A stretch of 63,878 nucleotides of DNA, the filler included, from Octopus bimaculoides (lineage: Eukaryota): the NCBI RefSeq assembly GCF_001194135.2. It is 8 parts of 8 records of this genome, joined end to end, with 100 filler letters (N's around TTAATTAATTAA, not from the genome) between each part and the next. Parts side by side here need not be neighbours in the genome. Positions count along the whole stretch, not along the records: positions 37,647 to 40,147 come from NC_069007.1; positions 40,248 to 50,096 come from NC_069008.1; positions 50,197 to 58,126 come from NC_068982.1; 5 more parts are not named here. One strand, written 5' to 3'. Position 1 is the stretch's first letter. The number at the start of each line of letters is the position of its first letter. The notes under the pieces were generated by a model. It did not search any database, had not been told where the DNA came from, and was given only the letters and a program-made list of their open reading frames with translations. This document shows, piece after piece, positions 39,010-51,733 of this stretch. Both the position numbers and the translations under genes were made by a program.

Positions 39010-39475
39010 GAGTAGTTTTTGTTTATGCTGTGGTATACCAATAAATTTGCTCAGTTTTCTCTTATAACAGCCAGGAGTTTATTGTAAGGGCACAGAATCT
39101 AATGTATATTAATACATGTCAATTTATGTGAGATAAACAGACATTGTTTTCCTGAGTCGCGGTTTTGTTTGGTTGGGCTGTGGAGCGACCTACCGAAACC
39201 GCTGTACGGGGTCTGTGTAACCTTTGTTTATCACGTGCACTCACACACACACACACACACACAAATATACATACATGCTCACACGCACACATACGTACAC
39301 ATATGCACACACGTGAGCGTGAAGGAGAAGGAGAAGGAAGGATTAAATGAAATGTAGTGAATGATGTGATAGACGATACCAGATAGGTAGGTAGGTATGT
39401 AGATAGATAGATAGGTAGATAGACAGACAGACAGACAGACAGACAAACATACAGACAAGCTGACAGACAGACAGG

Positions 39476-39510
<35 letters not shown>

Positions 39511-39592
39511 GTTGGGGACAAGTGGGGAGAATTATTCCCGACAGCGTACATATCTTTCACGCACATACATCTACATTGTATACATCGTAATG

Positions 39593-39682
<90 letters not shown>

Positions 39683-40560
39683 TCTCACATACAGTGACAT
39701 ACACACACGTACAGAGGCTATCTAAAAGATCTTAAACGTTTACAGGTCCACAAACGTCAAGCTGAGGGTAATTAATCAAACGGGATTTTGTAAAAGTATA
39801 TTCTTGAGAATTCAATCTGTGCCTGTGTATGTGTGTGTGTGTGTGTGTGTGTTTGTAGGGGCGGGGTCGTGGGCACAAGAGCATGGTGGAAAGTAGTCAT
39901 AAGCAAAAAGGAAAACGATGTTGACGGGCGAAAGGAGTAAAAGTTTAAGTCTCTTGAGAGAGTTCAAGCAAGTGCAGAACTGGCTAGAGAAAGAAAAACA
40001 AAAACCAAAAAAAGATGAAAAAAGAAAGAAAAAAGTAAATAAAAAAAGAGAGAAGAAAGGGAGGAAAGAAAGCTAGAAGAGAAGAAAAGAAGGAGAAATA
40101 CGAAATTTTGTTTACCGGTTGAAAAGGATTTTCGTTTTTTCAAACCCNNNNNNNNNNNNNNNNNNNNNNNNNNNNNNNNNNNNNNNNNNNNTTAATTAAT
40201 TAANNNNNNNNNNNNNNNNNNNNNNNNNNNNNNNNNNNNNNNNNNNNGTCTTTTTAAAATAATTTTTCTTCTCTCACTTCAATATATTCTCGTTTCTGTA
40301 TATCTTTATAATTGATTCTAAACAAATATTTTCTCCGCTATATTTCTATCCATCTGTAATCTTTTTTAATATCTGCAGCTGCTCCAAACTCTGCTGTAAT
40401 CCAATTTTAACTAGAACTCAAAATCATCTTGTACACATTGCAGTCAGCAAAACAAAAGACATTTTGCTATTAATTTCAGTTAAGAGAAAATATTTTCAAG
40501 TAATTCTACTTTACATTTATAAAAAAACCACGTAAAATGCACTCAAATCTTTTCTGCAGG

Positions 40561-40707
40561 GTGGTTGGTGTTGGAAAGGGCACCCAACCATAAAGAACCA
40601 TGCCAAAACAAACACAGAAGTCTGGTGTAGTTTTCTGCCGGCCAGCTCCTATCAAATCGGACAACCCATGCCAGCATGGAAGGCGGACGTTAAACGATGA
40701 TAATGAT
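40561..40707 (+). mobile_element. Diverged RTE-type 3'-tail copy (LINE end or partner SINE)
   Basis: GGTTGG.GTT.G.AAGGGCA.CCA...CAACCCATGCCAGCATGGAAGGCGGACGTTAAACGATGAT. Confidence 0.75.
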
Positions 40708-41440
40708 TGGAATATCTGTTCTTTATCACGTGCTGTTAATCTTTGAAAGATGATAAATCCGAGGTAATATATAATTCTTGAATAACGAAGTCATCCAATA
40801 TCCTGAAATAACAGAAAAACAGCATCAGCTACAGAAGTTACTTAAACAATTCATATTTGAGAGTGAGAACTTAACTATTATACATTCCTATACGGATTTA
40901 GCTGTAGTTATAAAAATTTATCTGAACAACTGAAATTTCGTTTTGAATTTTTGTTATTAAAATTACATTTCACAACTTTATGTAATATCGACATATTTAC
41001 AGACATCTACACCTCCATAATGTGTAAAATTACGCGTTACACTACAGAGTAGACGATAACATATTTTCAAAAATCGAAAGAGGTAAATTTGGGTGCTGTC
41101 TCAAGCTGGTGAAGCAACCTTATAGCAGCTTCACAGAGATTTTGTAGCCAGAAGACAGTGCTGCCTGAGCAGACGAACGATCACAAACAGGTTGTCTTCT
41201 GTGTTGCTACGAATTCTATGACAAGCGAAAACATTATAAAGATAAAAAGGTTTGAATGAAAAATGAATTGCAGATTAAAATTCGCATCACAAGTGAGAGG
41301 GCCATGGAAGGATTACTATGTAAAAAAAACCCTAGAAAATCGGGCATTGAAGAGGGAAAACCATAATTGTTTTCATATTAAATAATTGAGACAACGAATA
41401 ATAAATACATAAATGTTATGTTTAAACACTTACAGAAAAT

Positions 41441-41562
41441 TTCTGAGATGTATTTGATAAAGGAAGATATTGAAACGGGAGAAGGTTCATATTTTATCAT
41501 TTTCTGAGATGTATTGGATAAAAGAAAGATTCAAACGGGAGAAATTTCACATTTTAAGATTT
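41441..41562. repeat. Two imperfect 61-bp tandem units
   Basis: TTCTGAGATGTATT.GATAAA.GAA.AT...AAACGGGAGAA..TTCA.ATTTTA at 41441 and 41502. Confidence 0.85.
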
Positions 41563-41760
41563 CTAAAAAATTTGTCATTTATTTCTACACCATATTGATT
41601 TGTCGAGATACTAATTCCGCAGCAAATAAATCTCGTGTTTGTGAACGAGACTTAAACGAGAATTCAAANNNNNNNNNNNNNNNNNNNNNNNNNNNNNNNN
41701 NNNNNNNNNNNNNNNNNNNNNNNNNNNNNNNNNNNNNNNNNNNNNNNNNNNNNNNNNNNN

Positions 41761-41796
<36 letters not shown>

Positions 41797-42417
41797 CAGA
41801 TGACAGATATAGAAACGAAGGGAGATCGATAGACAAATGGACAAAGACAGATGATCCTCCTTAGAATTTATATTAAATTTCATAATAATAAACACAATGT
41901 TGTCTTTACCGACAATAACGTAGAAAAACACCTCTGTCACCGATAACAAAAGTAGAAAAAATATTTTATCCTTTAACGGGCAAATTTCAGAACAATTTTC
42001 GGGCCCCTAGGGCGAAAAAACCGTCTTAACGACAAGAGTTCGATTCGCACAGGAATCACAAAGCACAAACAGTATAACAATTAACAAAAATCCACCGACA
42101 AGAAAATAAGACTCACACAAAACAAAGATTTCAGTAGCACGATTCGGCCTTGTTATACATAGCCCTTCCATAAACAACCAAACTCAAGACACTAGTACGG
42201 AGTAGAGGTTGTTATAGATAAAGACAGAGAGAGAGAGAGAGAAAATCACAGATAGATAGATAGAAAAATAGGTAGTGAGAGAGAGACAAGCAGAAAGAGA
42301 CATACACAAACACACACGCACACCAGACATCATTCGTCTTTACCCCTTCATGTCATACGTTTGTATGTGTATACATATGTAATACATCTCTCCCCTTTCT
42401 CTATTCATACACACACA

Positions 42418-42550
42418 CATCATCATCGTTTAACGTCCGCCTTCCATGCTAGCATGGGTTGGACGATTTGACTGAGGACTGGTGAAACCGGATGGCTACA
42501 CCAGGCTCCAATCTGATTTGGCAGAGTTTCTACAGCTGGATGCCCTTCCT
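42418..42550 (-). mobile_element. RTE 3'-tail copy
   Basis: Near-identical reverse complement of about 44170-44300. Confidence 0.85.
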
Positions 42551-42885
42551 GTGTGGCACCTTGCGCAAATGACTTCTACTATAGCCTCAGGCCAACCAAA
42601 GCCTTGTAAGTAGATTTGGTAGACGGAAACTGATAGAAGCCCATTGTATATATATGTATGTGTGTGTATATGTCCCCCATAGCTTAGCAGTTTAGTAAAA
42701 GAGACTGATACAATAAGTAGTAGGCTTACAAAGAATAAATCCTGGGGTCGATTTACTTGATTAAAGGTGGTGCTCCAGCATGGTCGTGGTCAATCAGCCA
42801 ATGAGTAAGAACTTTAAATGTTATCAAAATTCATTAGAAATAATAAAGAAATTTTCCTGAAATAACATACAACCTTCTCATAAAT

Positions 42886-42916
<31 letters not shown>

Positions 42917-43212
42917 TGCTTATTTCTTATATATGTATGCATATATATATGTTTCTATCTACCAAATCCACTCACAAAGCTTTGGTTATAGTAGATGACA
43001 CTTGCTTAAGGTACCACACAGTGGGATTGAACCTGGAATCATGTGGTTGGGAAGCAAGCTTGTTATCACAAAGACACTCCTGTTGTTATTTTGGATTTCA
43101 TTTTCACTTACCCCCTCTTAAGATCTCAATATATTTTGAAGTAATTCCAGATGCTTGCAACTGATAAAGCATTCATTTACATTTTCTCAACAACTCAAGT
43201 GTTTTAAACAAA

Positions 43213-44313
43213 CAGGAAACAACTTCTATCTCATTCCAGGGTGAAAAACTAGAGGTAGTCGATAGCTTCCGCTATCTGGGCGACCAAGTTAGTAGTGGGG
43301 GTGGGTGCGCTGAAAGTGTAGCTGCTAGAATAAGAATAGCCTGGGCAAAGTTTAGAGAGCTCTTACCCCTGCTGGCGACAAAGGGACTCTCACTCAGAGT
43401 AAAAGGCAGACTGTATGACGCATGCGTACGAACAGCCATGCTACATGGGCTGTAACTGCTGAGGACATACGTAAGCTCGCAAGGAATGAAGCCAGTATTC
43501 TCCGTTGGATGTGTAATGTCAATGTGAATNNNNNNNNNNNNNNNNNNNNNNNNNNNNNNNNNNNNNNNNNNNNNNNNNNNNNNNNNNNNNNNNNNNNNNN
43601 NNNNNNNNNNNNNNNNNNNNNNNNNNNNNNNNNNNNNNNNNNNNNNNNNNNNNNNNNNNNNNNNNNNNNNNNNNNNNNNNNNNNNNNNNNNNNNNNNNNN
43701 NNNNNNNNNNNNNNNNNNNNNNNNNNNNNNNNNNNNNNNNNNNNNNNNNNNNNNNNNNNNNNNNNNNNNNNNNNNNNNNNNNNNNNNNNNNNNNNNNNNN
43801 NNNNNNNNNNNNNNNNNNNNNNNNNNNNNNNNNNNNNNNNNNNNNNNNNNNNNNNNNNNNNNNNNNNNNNNNNNNNNNNNNNNNNNNNNNNNNNNNNNNN
43901 NNNNNNNNNNNNNNNNNNNNNNNNNNNNNNNNNNNNNNNNNNNNNNNNNNNNNNNNNNNNNNNNNNNNNNNNNNNNNNNNNNNNNNNNNNNNNNNNNNNN
44001 NNNNNNNNNNNNNNNNNNNNNNNNNNNNNNNNNNNNNNNNNNNNNNNNNNNNNNNNNNNNNNNNNNNNNNNNNNNNNNNNNNNNNNNNNNNNNNNNNNNN
44101 NNNNNNNNNNNNNNNNNNNNGCGGGTGACACATAAAAGCACCCACTACACTCTCTGAGTGGTTGGCGTTAGGAAGGGCATCCAGCTGTAGAAACTCTGCC
44201 AAATTAGACTGGAGCCTGGTGTTGCCATCCGGTTTCACCAGTCCTCAGTCAAATCGTCCAACCCATGCTAGCATGGAAAGCGGACGTTAAACGATGATGA
44301 TGATGATGATGAT
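43213..44313 (+). mobile_element. RTE-clade LINE 3' portion (post-RT domain, N gap, 3' tail with (GAT)n)
   Basis: GEKLEVVDSFRYLGDQVSSGGGCAESVAARIRIAWAKFRELLPLL...KGRLYDACVRTAMLHG...RNEASILRWMCNV; tail ...GGACGTTAAACGATGATGAT at 44121-44313. Confidence 0.85.
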
Positions 44314-46772
44314 TCGTCCCCAAATTGCAAATATTCACATTCCCAGCACCACCACCACCACAAAAACCCACTCTCAACACCATCATTATCTTATTCATTA
44401 GTTTCAATTGTCATTTATTAAAAATATAATTATTTATTTGTTAAATATTCTCTCCAATTAATTGTTTCGTTTTATTTCCTTTTCGTGTCCACAGAATAAA
44501 AAAGTGAAACAGCAAAGATGTGTGTCTTTTCTATCAGAATGCGTAACATTTAATGTTTTAAGTTTTGCAGTATAAACTTTGTGGCCATGCTGGATCACCA
44601 CGAACAGCATCACACAACACCAAGGCAGAACTTTGTCACCTCCACTGACCCTGCTCTCTTTAACATCATGCCATGACACATAGGAGAAGACAGAACAAAA
44701 AAAACAATTATTGTATTGAAATGGTTCCTGGGTGAATATCTCCAACAAATTTCAATTCAACCCTAAACATATAAACAGGTATATCACTGCAAACAATAAC
44801 TCTTTACTCGAATGGGTTATGGTGCCAACAGAATTACTGTAATGTGAAACATCATTAAATGTTGTTTCCAAGTGGTTTTTTTAAAGTTAACCATGGACTT
44901 GGGTAGTTCTAGCTGAGACTTATCTATGTATATAATAAGTACATATACATTAATCCATATGTGCAAACACAAACACACACACACAATCAGCGTAGATTGT
45001 TGTGTATTGTTGGTCTTCAGATTTGACAATCCTCAATGTTTCTTGCACACACTTGCTTTGTGTATTGTTTTTGTTTCCCTGTACAACGACCCCATTCCCT
45101 CCTTTCTCTCTCCTTCTATCTATCTCTCTCTCTTCAAATAATCACTCTGAAATCATTTGATCCTTGTTCTTCTTTTGATTTCCTTTCCACTCCCTTCCTC
45201 TCAACATCTAACAATCCACTTTTGTGTCACAATGGCCAAGCAGCATTCAGACAAAAATGAATATAATTGAAACCTCTTTGCAAACTGATAACACATTCAT
45301 TTACTGATTCAGGGTCATCTGAAGGGATTTGTTTTTAAAACCCTTAGAAACTAATTTTTCTAATGAATATGCATTGTTCAGTATAAATTTCACTTTCTTC
45401 AGTATGAATGCAAATACTTACACCAACGTCACCGCTACCACCACCACCACCACCAACAACAACAGCATTATCACCTTCGTCATCATNNNNNNNNNNNNNN
45501 NNNNNNNNNNNNNNNNNNNNNNNNNNNNNNNNNNNNNNNNNNNNNNNNNNNNNNNNNNNNNNNNNNNNNNNNNNNNNNNNNNNNNNNNNNNNNNNNNNNN
45601 NNNNNNNNNNNNNNNNNNNNNNNNNNNNNNNNNNNNNNNNNNNNNNNNNNNNNNNNNNNNNNNNNNNNNNNNNNNNNNNNNNNNNNNNNNNNNNNNNNNN
45701 NNNNNNNNNNNNNNNNNNNNNNNNNNNNNNNNNNNNNNNNNNNNNNNNNNNNNNNNNNNNNNNNNNNNNNNNNNNNNNNNNNNNNNNNNNNNNNNNNNNN
45801 NNNNNNNNNNNNNNNNNNNNNNNNNNNNNNNNNNNNNNNNNNNNNNNNNNNNNNNNNNNNNNNNNNNNNNNNNNNNNNNNNNNNNNNNNNNNNNNNNNNN
45901 NNNNNNNNNNNNNNNNNNNNNNNNNNNNNNNNNNNNNNNNNNNNNNNNNNNNNNNNNNNNNNNNNNNNNNNNNNNNNNNNNNNNNNNNNNNNNNNNNNNN
46001 NNNNNNNNNNNNNNNNNNNNNNNNNNNNNNNNNNNNNNNNNNNNNNNNNNNNNNNNNNNNNNNNNNNNNNNNNNNNNNNNNNNNNNNNNNNNNNNNNNNN
46101 NNNNNNNNNNNNNNNNNNNNNNNNNNNNNNNNNNNNNNNNNNNNNNNNNNNNNNNNNNNNNNNNNNNNNNNNNNNNNNNNNNNNNNCAGACATATATTTT
46201 TGGAAGGGAACCTTTGTGAAAAAATATGCCATACATTCATATAACTGTTGTTTCTAGCAAATTTTGTGTTTAAGTGTGAGTCTGTAACTAGTTTCTGTTG
46301 TTGTATTAATTTCATTGTAATAATTAAATGCAAATTAATGCTTAATTTAAAAACAAAATTAAATGCATGACATATAAAATGTAAGTGAATGCAAGAGCTG
46401 CTAGAAATAGCAGCGAAATTTACATAGAAAACAGCACCATTATTGTCTCACGTAACTCCATACATAGTTATATTGCTAGAGTTGTTTGAAATAGCAGCCA
46501 AATGCCCCTTCAATCTACTGTACAGTTTATAAATTCTATGCCTGTTTGTCATGCAAAGCAAATCCAAAAATGTATACACACACACCATATATGTAATGTA
46601 TATACAGAGAGCGATAGAGTGTATGTGTTGAAGAATATCGTAACAATAATTGATAGAATAATTATTAGTGTGTAGAATGCAATGTCAGTGATGTAGGTTC
46701 AATTTCCAGGTGAGCATGGAATCAATAACAATGACAACAACAAAAGTGAATATTCCTGAAAATATTTATTTG

Positions 46773-49700
46773 TCATAATGAAAGAAAGCAAAAGATTGAC
46801 GTCCAGGAATAATTCCAAAAACCGTCAAAACCAAGAACTGTGAAGACTTCATTATCATCTCCTCTGAGGAGTAAATATTTCTGAATATTTTCAGGCGTTT
46901 GCTCTTCAATATTTTCAGATGTTTGGTGTTCAGTGTAAGCAGGTATTTGGTAAATACTATTATCTTTATCTGTTATATAAACATATTCAGCACATGTTGT
47001 TAGATATGGTTTGTAAATATAATAATCTGGATCGATTGGGAGTTTAATGCTCCTGACCAAATGTTCGCTATACCAACAGACATCATAGCCTCCACTACTC
47101 CATCCCTCCCTCTCCTCCTTCACCACAACAATCTCACCACCAGATGTCACTACTATACCACACACAACTGACTCTACCTCTTCGTCTTCTACCTCCAAAA
47201 CCCCAGAATGCACTTTACAATTGTATTTACATGTCACACCATCAATATCAACAATATCTATGTAGTAGTTGTAGTTTTTCATACCTTTAGTTCTGCCTGT
47301 AATATAATGACCACCACACACGAGTTGATTGTCGTATTTATAAATCCTGTTGTAGAATTTTTCAGTTTTGATGGTTTTTAAATGACAGAGATCTTTGTTG
47401 AAGAACATCAATTCTCTCTCAAAGGCGACAATGAAACATTCATCTGTCCACTGACAAATGTCCAGTGGTTCTTCTTCTTCTTGTTCATGTTGAAGTATGT
47501 CCACTGTTGTTGTTGTTGTTCTGATTAATGTGACACTTTTTCGAAACATCAACACACTCACATTCTCATCTAACTTAATTAGTTTACTGTTCAGGTCCCT
47601 AATGTCCCACAAATCATAACAAACAGGTTCCTCGAATGCAGGAATGGAAAAAGGGACCACTGCTGTTCTATATGGAAGTCTCCTCACTGATATTTCATCA
47701 ATTCCTGAATTATTAATCTCCGCTATGTAATTACCACATCTCACCTTTAATCTACCTTTACTAATTATTTCACCTGATTCACCTCTTCTTCCCCCATCTC
47801 CATCTCCTCCTCTGTATTCCAATTTATTANNNNNNNNNNNNNNNNNNNNNNNNNNNNNNNNNNNNNNNNNNNNNNNNNNNNNNNNNNNNNNNNNNNNNNN
47901 NNNNNNNNNNNNNNNNNNNNNNNNNNNNNNNNNNNNNNNNNNNNNNNNNNNNNNNNNNNNNNNNNNNNNNNNNNNNNNNNNNNNNNNNNNNNNNNNNNNN
48001 NNNNNNNNNNNNNNNNNNTTTCTCCATATTACACCATAAGGGACGAGACTTGTCCAAGCTTGAGATTTCTTCAAATCTTCTCCATTCAGTTGAAATATTT
48101 CTTTTCTTTTAGGAACCGTGGCCATTATGTGTTTTCCTTGTGTAAAACACACACCACCAACTAAACTTGCCACATTTCCGTGACATAGCAGCTCCCCGTC
48201 TTCATCAAATATTTTAACATTTCCATTATTGGCTTTTTCACACACAACTGTCTTTCCTTCATCAGAAATATCAAAATCTTTTACTTGAACAGCAAATTCG
48301 TCTGTTTGGAAACGACAAACCAGGACTCTTTCCCGACTAACTTTGAATAGACCTTCAACATATAATTCACTACTGCAGCTTCCAACAAACCTTGCTCCTT
48401 TACAGTTTATACAGGAGAAATCTACCGTATTTTTATAAATTCTGTCATTTAAAAATATTTTCTTGTATTCTCCAGCCTGTGTCAAACAGACTATGTTATC
48501 ATACCCGGTGTAACCAATATATCTTTCCCACCGACCATGAACGAACAAATAACTGTCATCAATTGTTATGTTGTCATAATCACTATTATACCACATGTAG
48601 TGTCTAACTGAATGTAAATACTGACCATCACTACTGAGAAAAATTATGAAAGCATCATTGTTAACGATGATGACATCATTAGCAGTAACTGTTATGTTAC
48701 AGATGTAATTAATATAGTTATCATCACCATGTTTGTATCTCGTTAATAATTTCTCAGGGATGTGTATTTCTTTTCTTATATCCACAACTGAATGTACTTC
48801 ATCAATATGAAGGACATAGAAAGTACGTTCGTCTTCCCATTTATTACATACCAGCCAATTGCTTGACAAAGAGGTGATATACTTATATCTATCTCTTGTC
48901 TGATAAGTTACTAACAACAATGGGAATTCCACTTTTAATGTCCACAGTTGGCATTTATTATCACCAGTTGTAATGACCAATGTGTTTGACTGCCATCGAC
49001 ACATATTGATACTATCAACATTCAGTCTGATAGAGTCTAGAAGCTGACCATCAAATGTTAATATTTTAATGTTTTTATTATTACTGTCATATCCTGCAAT
49101 CAGGTTATTTTCAATAACAACGAAACAAAGAATGTACACTGAGTGTTTGCTTCCAAAACGTGGAGAGACAACAGTGCATCGAGCTTTATCAGAAACTGTC
49201 AGATCCTGTAGATATAAAGTACAAGACAGCATTTCACTGACAGAAATGTTTCTGGAAAATACATCTACCAGGTCGATATAATAATTAAGTTGATTTTTTG
49301 TAACGAGAACATTAACCAACAAATTATGATCGTTTATAGCAAATATACGGCTGCTGTCTACAAGATACACAAACATTTGGTCAATAGATCCACCGTAGAG
49401 ATTGGGGGGACGTTTCACTTGGGACATTAAAACATTGGGGACCATCTTAATAATACTATTTCTACTACCATCACAATTACATCTATTCCTGACATGACCA
49501 CCACAACAGATACTAGTGATATACTGAAATGCTTTTCCCCTAGTAACAATTAATAGCTTTAGTGTTTCCTTTTCAATTGATAATGATGTCACTAATGAAG
49601 GAATATTAATTGTCTTAATTATTTCAACTTTATAATATTTAATGGCTAAAATATCTAAATGTGATGGTTTATCACAATAACAAACAATTTCACCTCCATC

Positions 49701-50096
49701 CATCTTACACACCCGTACATATGGCTGCCTTAATGATACACTTCTCACTGTCTTTGATAGGTTTCCGATGACCCTTAATTGTTTCTGTAGGGGTAATGTG
49801 ACACCTATATGATGAGAATCCCATCGACATATATCTATAGCTGTAGACGGCAGAGATAATCTCGACACAATGTCTCCTTCATTAGAAATGTATAACAAGC
49901 AATCATGGTTGATGTTGGACACCACCAACTGTCCATTTGCCAGATTACATATTTCGCCAATGACAAGTTTTTTGTCATTCTCCTTTTCTTTGAGTCGTAG
50001 ATTTAGATTTCTGATATAAGGATTTTTCAGGTGTAAACAACAGCCAGACGACTGGTCCTGATACTTGTAAAGAAGGACCCTGTTGAGTTGAGTGTC
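46773..50096 (-). CDS. Large single-exon-like ORF encoding a tandem multi-beta-propeller (NHL-like, molluscan TRIM-type propeller) protein; 5' end missing
   Basis: ORF track gives 1051 aa from a TTG at 49928. Reading further by hand, the frame stays open 56 more codons (DTQLNRVLLYKYQDQSSGCCLHLKNPYIRNLNLRLKEKENDKKLVIGEICNLANGQL) up to the N spacer at 50097. Recurrent blade motifs: LPSTAIDICRWDSHHIGVTLP, LNVDSINMCRWQSNTLVITT, ASLVGGVCFTQGKHIMATVP, EEPLDICQWTDECFIVAF. Contains a 189-N gap (47830-48018). AATAAA at 46765-46770 (-). Confidence 0.8.
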   Translation of the reverse strand, partial: DTQLNRVLLYKYQDQSSGCCLHLKNPYIRNLNLRLKEKENDKKLVIGEICNLANGQLVVSNINHDCLLYISNEGDIVSRLSLPSTAIDICRWDSHHIGVTLPLQKQLRVIGNLSKTVRSVSLRQPYVRVCKMDGGEIVCYCDKPSHLDILAIKYYKVEIIKTINIPSLVTSLSIEKETLKLLIVTRGKAFQYITSICCGGHVRNRCNCDGSRNSIIKMVPNVLMSQVKRPPNLYGGSIDQMFVYLVDSSRIFAINDHNLLVNVLVTKNQLNYYIDLVDVFSRNISVSEMLSCTLYLQDLTVSDKARCTVVSPRFGSKHSVYILCFVVIENNLIAGYDSNNKNIKILTFDGQLLDSIRLNVDSINMCRWQSNTLVITTGDNKCQLWTLKVEFPLLLVTYQTRDRYKYITSLSSNWLVCNKWEDERTFYVLHIDEVHSVVDIRKEIHIPEKLLTRYKHGDDNYINYICNITVTANDVIIVNNDAFIIFLSSDGQYLHSVRHYMWYNSDYDNITIDDSYLFVHGRWERYIGYTGYDNIVCLTQAGEYKKIFLNDRIYKNTVDFSCINCKGARFVGSCSSELYVEGLFKVSRERVLVCRFQTDEFAVQVKDFDISDEGKTVVCEKANNGNVKIFDEDGELLCHGNVASLVGGVCFTQGKHIMATVPKRKEIFQLNGEDLKKSQAWTSLVPYGVIWRXXXXXXXXXXXXXXXXXXXXXXXXXXXXXXXXXXXXXXXXXXXXXXXXXXXXXXXXXXXXXXXXNKLEYRGGDGDGGRRGESGEIISKGRLKVRCGNYIAEINNSGIDEISVRRLPYRTAVVPFSIPAFEEPVCYDLWDIRDLNSKLIKLDENVSVLMFRKSVTLIRTTTTTVDILQHEQEEEEPLDICQWTDECFIVAFERELMFFNKDLCHLKTIKTEKFYNRIYKYDNQLVCGGHYITGRTKGMKNYNYYIDIVDIDGVTCKYNCKVHSGVLEVEDEEVESVVCGIVVTSGGEIVVVKEEREGWSSGGYDVCWYSEHLVRSIKLPIDPDYYIYKPYLTTCAEYVYITDKDNSIYQIPAYTEHQTSENIEEQTPENIQKYLLLRGDDNEVFTVLGFDGFWNYSWTSIFCFLSL

Positions 50097-50196
50097 NNNN
50101 NNNNNNNNNNNNNNNNNNNNNNNNNNNNNNNNNNNNNNNNTTAATTAATTAANNNNNNNNNNNNNNNNNNNNNNNNNNNNNNNNNNNNNNNNNNNN

Positions 50197-50228
<32 letters not shown>

Positions 50229-50477
50229 CATTATTATTATTATTAAAAGGTCCCTGAATAAGGTTTGTTTAAAGACGTTGAGCAAAACACCCATATTTCC
50301 AAAGGTGAATTATTCAAACCCCAAAGAATTCCTCTCAACAAAATTCCTCGAATGAAACACAAGTTGCTACAACTAGCCCTGGAACCGATCTCTTTAAAAT
50401 TGTAAAAGATATTACGGTCTTTTGAAAGAAGATGAAGATTAGCCATTTGCACATTATTTACATTATTTACATTTGAC

Positions 50478-50521
<44 letters not shown>

Positions 50522-50533
<12 letters not shown>

Positions 50534-50692
50534 TCGAAAAATACCTTAGGAATGAGAACCCAGGGTCAAAATTTCCCCAAGACACCTCATGAAGGCTGGA
50601 GGGTGTATCAGCCGAAACGTTGTTAACAACAAACAAGATGAGGACAAATATCCGTCAAATGTAAATAATGTAAATAATGTAAATAATGTACA
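50522..50692 (+). mobile_element. (AAT)n-anchored short repeat carrying a hammerhead; second copy 52596-52718
   Basis: AATAACATCGAAAAATACCTTAGGAATGAGAACCCAGG...AACAAACAAGA present twice; tail (TGTAAATAA)3. Confidence 0.8.
50581..50626 (+). ncRNA. Second degenerate copy of the same minimal hammerhead
   Basis: GACAC-CUCAUGA(G5C)-A-GGCUG/CAGCC-GAAAC-GUU; stem I 3' strand eroded. Confidence 0.55.
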
Positions 50693-50903
50693 TAATTCCT
50701 CATCTCTTAAATATAGAATTGTATTAACCATTTGCAATTCTAAACCCATCTATCTCATCACAATTTCCGAGATATGTAAATTAGTGCATCTATTTATCAA
50801 ATCCTTGGATGTTAAAACTACATATTTACCAAGTCTTTGACGCTAAGGAAAGAATTTATAATGCTTCTCCATGTATTTATTATATGTATGTATACAGATA
50901 TTA

Positions 50904-50958
<55 letters not shown>

Positions 50959-51648
50959 AACATCAATTCATATATACTATATTAGCAATATATTGTTCTG
51001 ACTTGTAATATCTAGAAATTTGTCATTAATCCTTTCTCATTTTATCAAACATATTTTATACTCCTACAGAATATCATATGATATTTTCGTGTATGAACGC
51101 GATCGTAACAATAAGAAGATATAAAGCAATGAAAAACCAGCTCCCTTGCAGTTACGTGCAGACATTGATAAACAGTAGGAAAGAAGCGAATAATGTTATG
51201 TAACTAAATTGTACAACAGATGAATCGTAACATTAACAATAACAAAAAGAAAACAAACAAACAAACAAAAACATCTACAGCAACAAGGCAAAAATAAATA
51301 TACAAATATCTCATTGTTTATTTTATCGGGAATGGGAAGAGTTAGTAAAATAAAGTATCAAAGTCAGCTTTTTAATTTTTTTTTTACTAGAAAAACTTGA
51401 GTGATGCATAGAATTGTGTCTGCGTGTTACATAGACCTTGTGTGTTCATCATACTTAGACCTGTATCTATGCAATACACAGAGATGTGTAGACGTATTAT
51501 GTAGATATGGTTAATCTCAAATCGTTCGAGACACCTAAACGGGTATTCGAAAACGTTCTTAGTCACATCGTTTTCCATTTCACGAACAGCCAAAGCCCAA
51601 AACTCTAAATCTCACAACAGATCTCCACATATTTGACGGATGATGATG

Positions 51649-51733
<85 letters not shown>

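Noticed and set aside
42465-42500. CUGAGGA-CUGGU-GAAAC in the RTE tail
   Set aside because: No stem II, no NUH site, no stem I
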